Positions 1 through 9,184 of a DNA stretch of 64,000 nt are shown here, piece by piece; position 1 is the first letter of the stretch, and each line of letters opens with the position of its first letter. The DNA comes from Candidatus Latescibacterota bacterium (GTDB taxonomy: Bacteria > Latescibacterota > UBA2968 > UBA8231): assembly GCA_964291625.2 (NCBI GenBank), contig OZ220089.1, forward strand, positions 2,304,001 through 2,368,000. The letters run 5' to 3'. The position numbers and the translations under genes were made by a program. A model generated the notes under the pieces. The model saw only the letters and a list, made by a program, of their open reading frames with translations, had not been told where the DNA came from and made no database searches.

Positions 1-819
1 TCCGCCGAAGAGGGTTTGCCTCTATGCAACCGCCTGCTCCGGGAGGCGCATCGGATTCTTCTGACGGGCGCCCGGGGCGGCGACATGCAGCCGGGAGAGT
101 TCCGCCGATCACAGAGCTGGATCGGCGGGACTCGCCCGGGAAACGCCGCCTTCGTGCCCCCTCCTCCGGCCGAGGTGGGGGCGGCCATGTCGGACCTCGA
201 GCGGTTCGTCCACGCGTCCGGGGACGGCCTGCCCGCCCTGGTGAGGGCCGGACTCGCCCATGTCCAGTTCGAGACCATCCATCCCTTTTTGGATGGCAAC
301 GGCCGCGCGGGCAGGATGCTGATCATCCTCATGCTGATCGACCGTGGGCTCCTCTCGTCGCCCGTTCTGTACCTCAGCCTGCACTTCAAGCAGCACCGCG
401 ACCACTACTACGAGCTGCTCGACGCCGTTCGGCGCACCGGGGACTGGGAAACCTGGCTCGAGTTCTTTCTCGAGGGAGTCGGGGCCGTGGCCAACTCCGC
501 TCGCGAGACCGCCCGGCGCCTGACGGCCATGGCCTCGGCGGACCGGTCGAGGATTGCGGCCGGCGGCCGTGGCGCGAACTCCCTTCTGCGGGTCCACGAG
601 GCGCTCACCGCGGGCGTCATCGTCAACGTTGCCGAAGTCGTGGATCGCACCGGACTCTCCGCACCCACGGTCGGCAACGGCCTGAGACGGCTGTGTGCTC
701 TGAACATTGCCGAAGAGATCACCGGAGGACGCCGGAACAGGGTCTTCGTGTATGGCGAGTACCTCGAGGTACTCGCCGAGGGCACTGAACCTCTGGCCCC
801 GTCCGCCAGCCGAGCATGA
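1..819 (+). CDS. Fic family protein (adenylyltransferase) with C-terminal HTH; probably 5' truncated by the window edge
   Basis: Canonical Fic motif HPFLDGNGRAGR, plus PGEFRRSQSWIGG and HVQFETIHPF; the frame is open from base 1. Confidence 0.9.
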   Translation, partial: SAEEGLPLCNRLLREAHRILLTGARGGDMQPGEFRRSQSWIGGTRPGNAAFVPPPPAEVGAAMSDLERFVHASGDGLPALVRAGLAHVQFETIHPFLDGNGRAGRMLIILMLIDRGLLSSPVLYLSLHFKQHRDHYYELLDAVRRTGDWETWLEFFLEGVGAVANSARETARRLTAMASADRSRIAAGGRGANSLLRVHEALTAGVIVNVAEVVDRTGLSAPTVGNGLRRLCALNIAEEITGGRRNRVFVYGEYLEVLAEGTEPLAPSASRA

Positions 820-874
820 CGGCGGCGGATGCCGCACCGGGTCCTTCGCACCCCCCGACAGACCGGATCCCGTC

Positions 875-2014
875 ATGTTCGTGCTGATCTTCCTGGCCCT
901 CCTCGGCTCCGTCTATGCCTATTCGGGCTGGCGGCTCCTCCCCTATCTGCCCTCCCCGGCGGATTGGGCCGCGGCATCGGTCCTGCTCCTCCTCCTGTTC
1001 CTGCCCCTGCTGCTCTTTCGCCTGCGGTCCCGGCCGCGCCTGGCCTGGTTGGCGGATCCCCTGGCCTGGATCGCCTACCTCTCCATGGGCTTCTTCACCG
1101 TCTGCTCCACCTTGCTGGCCGTGCGCGATCTGGGCGGCCTGCTCCTGGGCCTGGTCCACCCCGTCGGAGCGGGACTCGAGGCCCGCATCGATCTGGGGGC
1201 CTTCGCTCTCGCCCTGGCCGTGACCGGCTACGGCTTCTACCAGGCCCGGCGCACGCCGGCGGTACGCCGGGTCGAGATCCCCATCCAGAACCTGCCGCCC
1301 GCCCTGGCGGGTCTGCGCATCGTGCAGATCAGCGATCTCCACGTGGGCCCCACCATCAAGGGCGCCTTCGTGGAGCGCATCGTCGCCCGGGTCCGCGGGC
1401 TGCAACCCGACCTGATCGTCTTCACCGGGGACCTCGCCGACGGGGCCGTCGAACAACTCGCGCCTCACACGGCCGCCCTGGCCCGGCTCACGGCTCCCCT
1501 CGGGCTCTACTTCTGCACCGGCAACCACGAGTACTACTCGGACCTGGAGAGGTGGACCGGGCAGGCCCGCCGCCTGGGCTTCGACGTCCTGATCAACGAG
1601 GCGCGCCAGATCGAGTACCGCGGCGCCCGCATCGCCCTGGCCGGAGCCACCGACTTCAGCGCCGGGGAGCTGGCCCCCGACCACGCGTCGGACCCGGCCC
1701 GGGCCCTTGCCGCGAGCGACGGCGCCGATGTGCGCATCCTGCTCGCCCACCAGCCGCGCAGCGTCGAGGCCGCCGCCGACGCCGGTTGCCACCTGCAGCT
1801 GTCGGGTCACACCCACGGCGGCCAGTTCGTTCCGTGGAAGTACGCGGTGCTGCTGCAACAGCCCTTCATCGCCGGACTGCACAAGGTTCGGGATACCTGG
1901 ATCTACGTCCACCGGGGCACCGGCTACTGGGGTCCCCCGCTGCGGCTCGGCGCCCCTTCCGAGATCGCCCTGCTCACCCTGACCCGGGCGCCGGATGGCG
2001 TTCACCTTCCTTGA
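875..2014 (+). CDS. Membrane-anchored metallophosphoesterase (YkuE/YaeI-like)
   Basis: N-terminal TM helices, then calcineurin-like motifs SDLH, TGDLAD, GNHE, LAHQP, SGHTHGGQ; ATG at 875 chosen over the ORF-track start. Confidence 0.9.
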   Translation: MFVLIFLALLGSVYAYSGWRLLPYLPSPADWAAASVLLLLLFLPLLLFRLRSRPRLAWLADPLAWIAYLSMGFFTVCSTLLAVRDLGGLLLGLVHPVGAGLEARIDLGAFALALAVTGYGFYQARRTPAVRRVEIPIQNLPPALAGLRIVQISDLHVGPTIKGAFVERIVARVRGLQPDLIVFTGDLADGAVEQLAPHTAALARLTAPLGLYFCTGNHEYYSDLERWTGQARRLGFDVLINEARQIEYRGARIALAGATDFSAGELAPDHASDPARALAASDGADVRILLAHQPRSVEAAADAGCHLQLSGHTHGGQFVPWKYAVLLQQPFIAGLHKVRDTWIYVHRGTGYWGPPLRLGAPSEIALLTLTRAPDGVHLP

Positions 2015-2029
2015 CAAGGGAGATCATCC

Positions 2030-2596
2030 ATGAATCGACTGGGTCTCATCGCGCTGATCCTCTCCCTCGTCCGCCCCTCCTTCGCGGTTGACGATGTAAC
2101 CGAGGCACTGGCCGACTCGTCCGGCAAGCCAGGACTCCCGTCTCAGGATCGGATTGCTCTCAAGTTGCTGGGCGGCACCGTTGCGGGAGTAGGTACTGCT
2201 ACGGCGCTCATTCTTGGGACCTATACTCTCGCCTTCTGTATTGAGTGCCCAGAAGATCCGGACGAAGATCGGTGGTCAGACAGATTGCAGGCAGGATTGC
2301 TGGTGTCGTCCATCCCGATAGGCATGGCTGCCGGCGTGAGTGCCTTCGATAGACACGACCGCCCCATCTATCCACTGGCCGCAAGCCTGTTGGGCTTTGG
2401 GGCAGGATTGGCCCTCGACATAGCATCGGCAGAGATAGGTGGCTCCATTCTGGGAGCTACCCTATGGCTGCCCGTCATCGCGGCAACCGTTGCCTCCGAG
2501 TGGTCTCGCGATCAACCCGAGTCCCGCCACTCGATTGGCTTGAGGCCGGAACCGGGCGGAGGATTATCTGCGGTCGTCTCGCTGCGATTCCAATAG
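2030..2596 (+). CDS. Hypothetical exported/membrane protein, lower GC than neighbours
   Basis: RBS GGGAGA, signal-peptide-like N-terminus, Gly-rich hydrophobic segments, C-terminal strand LSAVVSLRFQ. Confidence 0.7.
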   Translation: MNRLGLIALILSLVRPSFAVDDVTEALADSSGKPGLPSQDRIALKLLGGTVAGVGTATALILGTYTLAFCIECPEDPDEDRWSDRLQAGLLVSSIPIGMAAGVSAFDRHDRPIYPLAASLLGFGAGLALDIASAEIGGSILGATLWLPVIAATVASEWSRDQPESRHSIGLRPEPGGGLSAVVSLRFQ

Positions 2597-2667
2597 ATGG
2601 ACGGTCCAGGTGGTGCGTATCCACCAGCTACCGGGGAACATCGGCCGGCGGGGCGGCGATCGAGGAG

Positions 2668-3405
2668 TCAGCCGCCCGCCCGCTCTCCCGTCCAGTGGCG
2701 CAGGGCGGCGTCCAGCGCCACCCGGTGCACGGCCGCCCGTTTCTCCAGCGGCCACTTCGTCGGCGTCTCGAAGATGCAGGCGCGGGAAGCGTGTCCGTGC
2801 AGGACATAGGGCCCCAGCCCCTGTCGTCCCCAGGACGGGGAGATCTCGTACACCCCCCGCGACACCGGCTCGCTGTCCTCGCCGCTGTCCGGATCGATGG
2901 AGGCCCGTTCCTCCACCGCGGCTATGACCTCGGGTCCCACGGCGCGGCCTTGGCGCGGTCCCTCGTACATGTAGAAGCCGTCAGCCTCCCAGTCCTCGTG
3001 GCAGTCGACGAAGGCGTCGACCCGGCATCCCTCCAGCGCCCCCTTGAGCAGTTGCACCTCGGGCACGTCGTGGCTCCCGAAGGAGCGGTTCACATCCGAT
3101 CCCGCCCCGTTCTCGCGGGTGTCGAGGCCGTAGCCCACGGGATTGACGCAGGGTATGACCGTGAACGCCACCTGCCCGAGCCAGGAGCCCAGGTCCTCCT
3201 CGACGAAGCGCAGGACCGCCTCCACCCCGGCCGGCTCGTCGCCGTGGACACCACCGGTCAGCAGGAGACGCAACCTTCGCGGGGTGCCCGCACGGATACA
3301 GTGGACCGGATGGCCCTCGACCGTCCCGATGGTCTCCACCGTCCGGCCCTGGCTCGCCAGAGCCTCCACCCGGCGCACGACCTGCCCGTAGCAACGCCCT
3401 GTCAT
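2668..3405 (-). CDS. M14 family zinc metallocarboxypeptidase (AstE/AspA-like)
   Basis: GGVHGDEPAG (HxxE), NPVG, DVNRSF, DCHED, ETP motifs; purine-rich RBS before ATG 3405. Confidence 0.85.
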   Translation of the reverse strand: MTGRCYGQVVRRVEALASQGRTVETIGTVEGHPVHCIRAGTPRRLRLLLTGGVHGDEPAGVEAVLRFVEEDLGSWLGQVAFTVIPCVNPVGYGLDTRENGAGSDVNRSFGSHDVPEVQLLKGALEGCRVDAFVDCHEDWEADGFYMYEGPRQGRAVGPEVIAAVEERASIDPDSGEDSEPVSRGVYEISPSWGRQGLGPYVLHGHASRACIFETPTKWPLEKRAAVHRVALDAALRHWTGERAGG

Positions 3406-3470
3406 CGCTGCCCTTCTTTCCCTGCGGACGACCCCCATCCACATTCTCCCCGGAGGAGAGAGGTCCACGG

Positions 3471-3869
3471 ATGAGCGACTGGTTGAGAGACGCGGCGGTG
3501 GTCGGCCTGGGCGGGTTCTTCGGCTCCGCCGGGAGGTTTCTCCTTGGCGGATGGGTCGCGGCCCACGCCGGGTCCTTCCCCTACGGCACGTTGACGGTGA
3601 ACGTCATCGGCTCCCTGGCGATCGGCTTCCTGGCGCCGGTTCTCGCCGACCGGGTGATCGCCGCCCCCGCCGTGCGGTTGCTGGTGATGGCAGGCTTCCT
3701 CGGTGGATTCACCACGTTCTCAGCCTTCGGCTACGAGTCGCTCCAGCTGTGGCACGAGGGGCGCTGGACCGCCATGCTGGCCAACATCGGCCTGAGCGTC
3801 GGCGGCTGCCTGCTGGCGGCCGCCGCCGGGATGGCGGCCTCTCGGGCGCTGATGGCGGGGGAGTCCTGA
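3471..3869 (+). CDS. crcB: Fluoride efflux channel FluC/CrcB
   Basis: GGFFGSAGRF, FPYGTLTVN, GFLGGFTTFSAF signature; four TM segments. Confidence 0.95.
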   Translation: MSDWLRDAAVVGLGGFFGSAGRFLLGGWVAAHAGSFPYGTLTVNVIGSLAIGFLAPVLADRVIAAPAVRLLVMAGFLGGFTTFSAFGYESLQLWHEGRWTAMLANIGLSVGGCLLAAAAGMAASRALMAGES

Positions 3870-3927
3870 GAAGCCTGGGGTTCGGGCTCAGGTCCTGCCG
3901 GGGCCTTCGATGCGGTGCACCTGGCCG

Positions 3928-5322
3928 CTACCCCGCCACCTCCGTCCGGTTGAAGGCCCACAGGGCGAAGAAGAAGGCCAGGGCCGTCTCCAGCACCAGG
4001 ATCAGGATCGGCGCCAGGCCGGCGGCGAGGCTCTCACTCAGCGGCAGGGGGACCGCCTCGAAGCGCGGGATGTGGCGCGGGTCCAGCTTCTCCTGCGACA
4101 TGTAGCCCACCAGGAACAGCACGTGGGGCGAGTCCGGGTCGGCCGCGTCGCGGGCCCTCAGGAACTCGCGCAGGGTCCCGCGGTAGTCCCAGCCCTGGCG
4201 GGTGAAGCTGCGGAAGCGCTCGATGCCGTTGCGCAGCAGCGCCTCCAGGGAGTACTGGAAGGCGAACCCGGGGGAGAGCATGTTCACGCTCCGGGCCACC
4301 TCGAACTGCCGGATCTCCTGGTCCAGCGCCTCCAGGCGGATGCGGTCCTTGCCCTTCTCCATCTCCCGGATGCGCTGCGCGTAGCGCTTCTCCAGGGCGT
4401 AGTCGTCGACCCGGGCCAGCTCCGGGGGCCGCGGCTCGACCCCCTCCCGCTGCAGGGCCGTGCGCACCTCCCTCTCGTGGGTGTCGATCTGCTGCCAGAT
4501 CCCGCCCGGGGACTTGACCGCGGTCACCGCTGCCAGGTACGAGGTCTGCGGGATGACCACCATGAGCACGGTCCAGGCGGTGACCAGCAGCACCAGCGAC
4601 GAGGCCGAGCTGCGGGCCAGGGCGGAGATGCCCGTGGCCAGAAGCAGGAAGAAGGTGATGAAGACGGTGGTGCCCAGCAGGAAGAAGGCGTAGCTCAGCC
4701 ACACCCCGCCGTCCGGCTCGAGCACCCCTCCGAGGACGAGGATGAGCAGACTGAGCAGGCTGCCCGCCAAGGTGGCGGCCAGCAGGGTGGCCAGGTGGGC
4801 GCCGACCTTGGCCAGCAGGAAACGGCCGCGGGAGAGGGAGTTGGTCAGCACCAGCAACAGGGTGCCGTTCTCGCGCTCTCCGCAGACGGCGTTGTAGGCC
4901 AGGACGACGCACAGGAAGGAGAGCACGTAGCGAACGATGACGGCCCAGTCGACGACCTCGAAGCGGCGCATCCAGCGGTTGGTGGTGCGCGAGCTGGCGA
5001 ACCCGGGGATCTCGCCGGAACCCGGGTTGACGTACATGGCGTAGCGGAACCAGTCGGAGCCGGCCTCGGCCATGAACTCGGTGCCCACTTCGGCGCAGCG
5101 GATCTTGTAGCTGGTGGAGGCCGCATCCGCCGTGGTCTCCACGCGCCCGTAGCGCTCTTCGTTGAGGCGGGTGATGCGGGTCACCTCGTCGGCCAGGTTG
5201 CCCGTCTTCATCGTGTAGATGACGCCGTTGGCCCCGAAGAACAGCAGCAGGATGACCAGGCTGATCTGGAAGCGCAGCGACTGCAGGTTGTCGCGAAGTT
5301 GATGCAGGAAGATCGCTGCCAT
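3928..5322 (-). CDS. ABC-2 type transporter permease with large extracytoplasmic domain
   Basis: AYNAVCGERENGTL and SRGRFLLAK motifs; multiple TM helices. Confidence 0.85.
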   Translation of the reverse strand: MAAIFLHQLRDNLQSLRFQISLVILLLFFGANGVIYTMKTGNLADEVTRITRLNEERYGRVETTADAASTSYKIRCAEVGTEFMAEAGSDWFRYAMYVNPGSGEIPGFASSRTTNRWMRRFEVVDWAVIVRYVLSFLCVVLAYNAVCGERENGTLLLVLTNSLSRGRFLLAKVGAHLATLLAATLAGSLLSLLILVLGGVLEPDGGVWLSYAFFLLGTTVFITFFLLLATGISALARSSASSLVLLVTAWTVLMVVIPQTSYLAAVTAVKSPGGIWQQIDTHEREVRTALQREGVEPRPPELARVDDYALEKRYAQRIREMEKGKDRIRLEALDQEIRQFEVARSVNMLSPGFAFQYSLEALLRNGIERFRSFTRQGWDYRGTLREFLRARDAADPDSPHVLFLVGYMSQEKLDPRHIPRFEAVPLPLSESLAAGLAPILILVLETALAFFFALWAFNRTEVAG

Positions 5323-5337
5323 GGGACTACTCCCGAC

Positions 5338-6900
5338 TCAGCGCGGATCGTAGCGCAGGAAACGCGCGATGGTGACCATCACCGCCAGGCCGAAGCTCAG
5401 CACCAGGATGGCGAGGCCCGGCATCATCACCCCGAAGGAGGCGCCCAGGGACCGCTGCCACGGTCCGCCGAAGCGGGGCATGTCGGTGAGGTCCAGCCCC
5501 ACCGCGCCGGCGGACCGGCTCTCTTCCCGGGCCTCCGCCCAGGCCATGCGCTCCCTCATGAACGGCGTGTCGGCGGCCAGCATCGCACCGGTCACCGACG
5601 CCGGATCGGCGATCATCGGCTCCTGGCCCTCGGGATCGTCGCTGAACCAGCGGCGGCTGGCAAACGCATCCTTGCCGCGCAGGTACTCGATCCAGGTCCG
5701 GCGGTAGTCGCGGCCCTCCTCGACGAGGTGGAAGCGGTCATCCAGGGTGGTGCGCGCCAGCAGGTAGGAGAGCACCTGGTAGTTGGTGAAGGGCGACAGG
5801 ATCGACCACTCGTCGACGACGTAGCTCATCCGCGCCAGGGGCTCCCAGTTGGCCCAGTGGTAGCGGTAGCGGCGGTCGGCCAGCTCCAGGCGCCTGTCCA
5901 TGGCGGCGGCGTTCCTCCGCTGCATCCACTCGTAGCCCACGGGATGGGCGTAACGCAGCACGCGGCCTCTCTCCAGGCCCTTGAGATAGGCGGGCGGCGG
6001 CGGGGGATTCCTCTCGTCCCACTCCTCCATCGTCCTCTCGAACTCGTTCCAGAGCTGCCGGTTCTGGTCGCGGAACTCGTCGGCGGGCGGAGCCTTCACC
6101 CCGTAGCGGCTCAGCGAGGGCAGGACGTTGATGTATCCCACGCCGCCCACCAGCCAGGCGAAGAGGCAGATGATCAGGGCCGTGTCGGTGCCGCGGACCA
6201 GGGAGGAGACCATCAGGCTCAGGGCGAAGACCTGGCCGAGGAACAGGCAGGAGAGGACGAAGAAGACGCCCAGGCGCACCCAGTCGCCGCCGGCCAGGTG
6301 CACGTCGGGGTGGGCCACCAGGATGAGCAGGGAGAGGACGAAGGCCAGGGCGAAGGGGATCCACAGGGAGATCATGCCGCCCAGCAGCTTGGCCAGGACC
6401 ACGTGGGCCCGGGGAACCGGGTTGACCAGGAGCTGCTTGAGGGTGCCCCTCTCGCGCTCCCCGCAGATGCCGTCGAAGCCGAGGACGACGGCCAGGAAGC
6501 TGAGCAGCAGGGCCACCACCGTGGCGAAGTCGATCTGCACCAGGATCCTCATGAAGTTGCTGTCGAAGCTCTCCGCCAGCTCCCAGGCCGAGACCGGCAC
6601 CTGGTCGAGGCTGATCCAGATCGACTGTCCCGCCGTGCTCACCACGCCCCGGCAGAGGATGGCCAGGGGCTGGGGCGGTACGATGACCCGCGGGCCGATC
6701 TGCGAGTAGATGGTCACCTCTTCCAGACGCTCTTCGGTCTCCCGGATCTCGCGTTCGTACACGTCCACGTTGCGGGCGTAATCCACGGTGCCGATGAAGG
6801 TGGTCAGCACCGACAGGACGACGCTGAAGATCACCGCCACGCCAAGACGCAAGGTGAGCAGGTTGGTCAGCAGCTCCTTGCGTACGAGGGTCCCGATCAT
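5338..6900 (-). CDS. ABC-2 type transporter permease with large extracytoplasmic domain
   Basis: MIGTLVRKELL start; GFDGICGERERGTLK and PVPRAHVVLAK motifs; paralogous to the downstream permease. Confidence 0.85.
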   Translation of the reverse strand: MIGTLVRKELLTNLLTLRLGVAVIFSVVLSVLTTFIGTVDYARNVDVYEREIRETEERLEEVTIYSQIGPRVIVPPQPLAILCRGVVSTAGQSIWISLDQVPVSAWELAESFDSNFMRILVQIDFATVVALLLSFLAVVLGFDGICGERERGTLKQLLVNPVPRAHVVLAKLLGGMISLWIPFALAFVLSLLILVAHPDVHLAGGDWVRLGVFFVLSCLFLGQVFALSLMVSSLVRGTDTALIICLFAWLVGGVGYINVLPSLSRYGVKAPPADEFRDQNRQLWNEFERTMEEWDERNPPPPPAYLKGLERGRVLRYAHPVGYEWMQRRNAAAMDRRLELADRRYRYHWANWEPLARMSYVVDEWSILSPFTNYQVLSYLLARTTLDDRFHLVEEGRDYRRTWIEYLRGKDAFASRRWFSDDPEGQEPMIADPASVTGAMLAADTPFMRERMAWAEAREESRSAGAVGLDLTDMPRFGGPWQRSLGASFGVMMPGLAILVLSFGLAVMVTIARFLRYDPR

Positions 6901-6983
6901 GCGGCTCTTTCCGGACGGCGCGGCGCTTCCGCCCCGGGTCCGTTGCGCCGGGAAGCCTGGCTCCGGCGATCAGGGGTCATTCA

Positions 6984-9155
6984 CTACTCGATGTACAGCA
7001 GCCGCCGGCCGTGCACGGCGCCGGGGTGGATCAGCCGCGCGAGGTAGACGCCCGCCGCCACCGCCGCCCCGCTCCGGTCGCGGGCGTCCCAGTGGACCCG
7101 GTAGGCTCCGGCGGCCTGGAACTCGTCCACCAGGACGCGCACCCGCTGGCCGAGCATGTTGCAGATCTCCAGGCGCACGTGTCCCGGGGCGGCCAGGCGG
7201 TAGGGAATCCAGGTGGATGTGTTGAAGGGGTTGGGGACGTTGGGCTCGAGGCCGCTGGAGGGAGCCGCCTCTCGAGGGGCCGCCTCCCTGGCCGCACCGG
7301 GCCTGATCCTGCCCCTGAGGGCCTGCACCTCGGAGGCCGTCAGAGCCCTGTCGTATATCCAGAGGTCGTCCAGCGACCCCTGAAATGCCTGGCTCGAGTC
7401 GAACCCTCCGCCCAGCCGGTCCTGGTCCTGGCCGAGGACCAGGCCCCCGTCCTCGACCGACAGGGCCCTGTACTCGAGATGCCCGCAGAGACCGGTCTGG
7501 CCTCGGCCGTCCACGTAGAAATCGGAGTATCCCTCGGCGGCGTTGCGGACCCAGGCGACGTGATGCCAGCGCCCGTCGGCGATCGGCTCGACGTCCACGG
7601 CGCATTCGAACTGGAGCTGACCGGCTCTCCCATGAGAGAACAGGATGAACTGCTCTTCCCTCGGCAGGTAGAGGAGATGCTCGTTGTCGTTGCTCCGGTT
7701 GGCTCCGCTGAGGATGGACTGGGTGCCGGACTTGGCGGTCTTCAGCCACAAGGAGATGCTCACGTCGCGCAGGCCGTCGAGCACCTTGTGGGGCAGATCG
7801 ATGCGGTCCCTCGTCCCCCGGAAGAGCAAGGCGCCGGCCTGGTTCCCGAATCGATCCTCGCCGGCCTGCGTACCCCTCTGGATTCCGTGATGCCCGTTGC
7901 CGCTGGCATCCCGGGCATCCCCGTTCATGGGGTAGTAGGCGACCAGCGGGGTCGTCCGCTCTGCGGAAGGCTCCTCCGCTTCCATGTCGAAGAGCGCCCG
8001 GACCTCGGCCGAGGAGAGCACCTTGTCGTATATCCTCAGGTCGTCCAGGGTCCCGTCCAGGACCTGGTTGGGGTCGAAGTCGCCGCCCAGCCGGTCCTGC
8101 TCCTGGCCGAGGATCAGCCCGCCCTCGTCGACCGTCAGCGCTCCGTACTCGAGGTTGCCGCAGCGATCGGTCCGGCCGGCGCCGTCCACGTAGAAGGCGG
8201 CGTTCCCCTCGGCGGCGTTGCGGATCACGACGATGTGATGCCACCGCCCGTCGGCGATCGGCGGGATGCCTACTACGCAGTTCCTGCTCTGGTGACTGTG
8301 CCTCCCGTGCGAGAGGAAATGGATGGTCCTCTGGTCCCACAGGTAGACGATATGCTCGTTGTCGTTGCTCCGGTTGGCGGCGCTCAGGACGGCCTGACTG
8401 CCGGGCTTGGTGGTCTTGAGCCAGAAGGAGATGCTCACGTCCCGCAGGCCGTCCAGCACCTCGTGGGGCAGATCGATGCGGTCCTGCGTCCCCTGGAAGA
8501 ACAGCGCCCCGGACTCGTTGCCGAAGCGGTCCTCCCCGGGCTCAACGCCCGACGGGGTGCCGTGATAGGCGTTGCCGCTCGCGTCCCTGGCGTCTCCGTC
8601 GAGCCGGTAGTGGGCTACCAGCCCTGCCTCCGGCGCCGGCAGGCGGCGCACCCCGCCCGAGCCCAGTGCAAGTTCCAGCCCCTGGCGGCGCCCGCGGTCG
8701 ACGGGGATGCGGCGCCACTGGCCAACCACCTCGCCGTAGAGGTTGACGGCCCTCGCCTGGTAGTCACCGCTGACCAGGGACTGGTCGGTGGCGGGGATGG
8801 TGAGCACCAGCCGGCCGGAGATGTCGGTGACCCCGCTCCAGGTGTAGTCGGGCCGGCGCCCCTGGATCGATCGCGCGAACTCGACGACCAGGCCCCAGGC
8901 TTCGCCGCCCTGGAGGGTTGCCTCGATCACCGTGGATCCCTCGTCGGCCATCGACTCCGTCCATGCCGGACCGGTGACCAGCAAGGCGGCCACCAGAGAG
9001 AGCCGGATTCCTGGCCCGCCTGCTGGTTGCGCCCGGGTCGGCGAAGCATCCCCGGCAGGGGATCGCGCACGGGCCAGCCCTGCGGCATGCAGAACCCGCC
9101 AGCCCCCCTCGCACGAGGCCTCCCCGCAAGGCGTCCTGGCCTGGCACTCATGCAT
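6984..9155 (-). CDS. Secreted protein with two LamG/pentraxin-like domains and a C-terminal FlgD-Ig (T9SS-type-A-like) domain
   Basis: Two repeats containing DGRWHH, FYVDG and LGQ(E/D)QD-LGG-FD; C-terminal PNPFN...LGQRVRVLV...WDARD...GVYL; start codon uncertain. Confidence 0.8.
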   Translation of the reverse strand: MHECQARTPCGEASCEGGWRVLHAAGLARARSPAGDASPTRAQPAGGPGIRLSLVAALLVTGPAWTESMADEGSTVIEATLQGGEAWGLVVEFARSIQGRRPDYTWSGVTDISGRLVLTIPATDQSLVSGDYQARAVNLYGEVVGQWRRIPVDRGRRQGLELALGSGGVRRLPAPEAGLVAHYRLDGDARDASGNAYHGTPSGVEPGEDRFGNESGALFFQGTQDRIDLPHEVLDGLRDVSISFWLKTTKPGSQAVLSAANRSNDNEHIVYLWDQRTIHFLSHGRHSHQSRNCVVGIPPIADGRWHHIVVIRNAAEGNAAFYVDGAGRTDRCGNLEYGALTVDEGGLILGQEQDRLGGDFDPNQVLDGTLDDLRIYDKVLSSAEVRALFDMEAEEPSAERTTPLVAYYPMNGDARDASGNGHHGIQRGTQAGEDRFGNQAGALLFRGTRDRIDLPHKVLDGLRDVSISLWLKTAKSGTQSILSGANRSNDNEHLLYLPREEQFILFSHGRAGQLQFECAVDVEPIADGRWHHVAWVRNAAEGYSDFYVDGRGQTGLCGHLEYRALSVEDGGLVLGQDQDRLGGGFDSSQAFQGSLDDLWIYDRALTASEVQALRGRIRPGAAREAAPREAAPSSGLEPNVPNPFNTSTWIPYRLAAPGHVRLEICNMLGQRVRVLVDEFQAAGAYRVHWDARDRSGAAVAAGVYLARLIHPGAVHGRRLLYIE
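7316..8621 (-). repeat. Intragenic tandem duplication of a LamG/pentraxin domain, period about 675 bp
   Basis: LVAHYRLDGDARDASGN at about 8621 and LVAYYPMNGDARDASGN at about 7946; long near-identical DNA tracts such as TGCTCGTTGTCGTTGCTCCGGTTGG occur in both copies. Confidence 0.9.
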
Positions 9156-9184
9156 CGTCGGATGCCCTGGTTCCTTGCTGCGAG

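Noticed and set aside
3406-3470. Fluoride riboswitch upstream of crcB
   Set aside because: The 65-bp divergent gap lacks the GGCGATGG...CTGATG consensus
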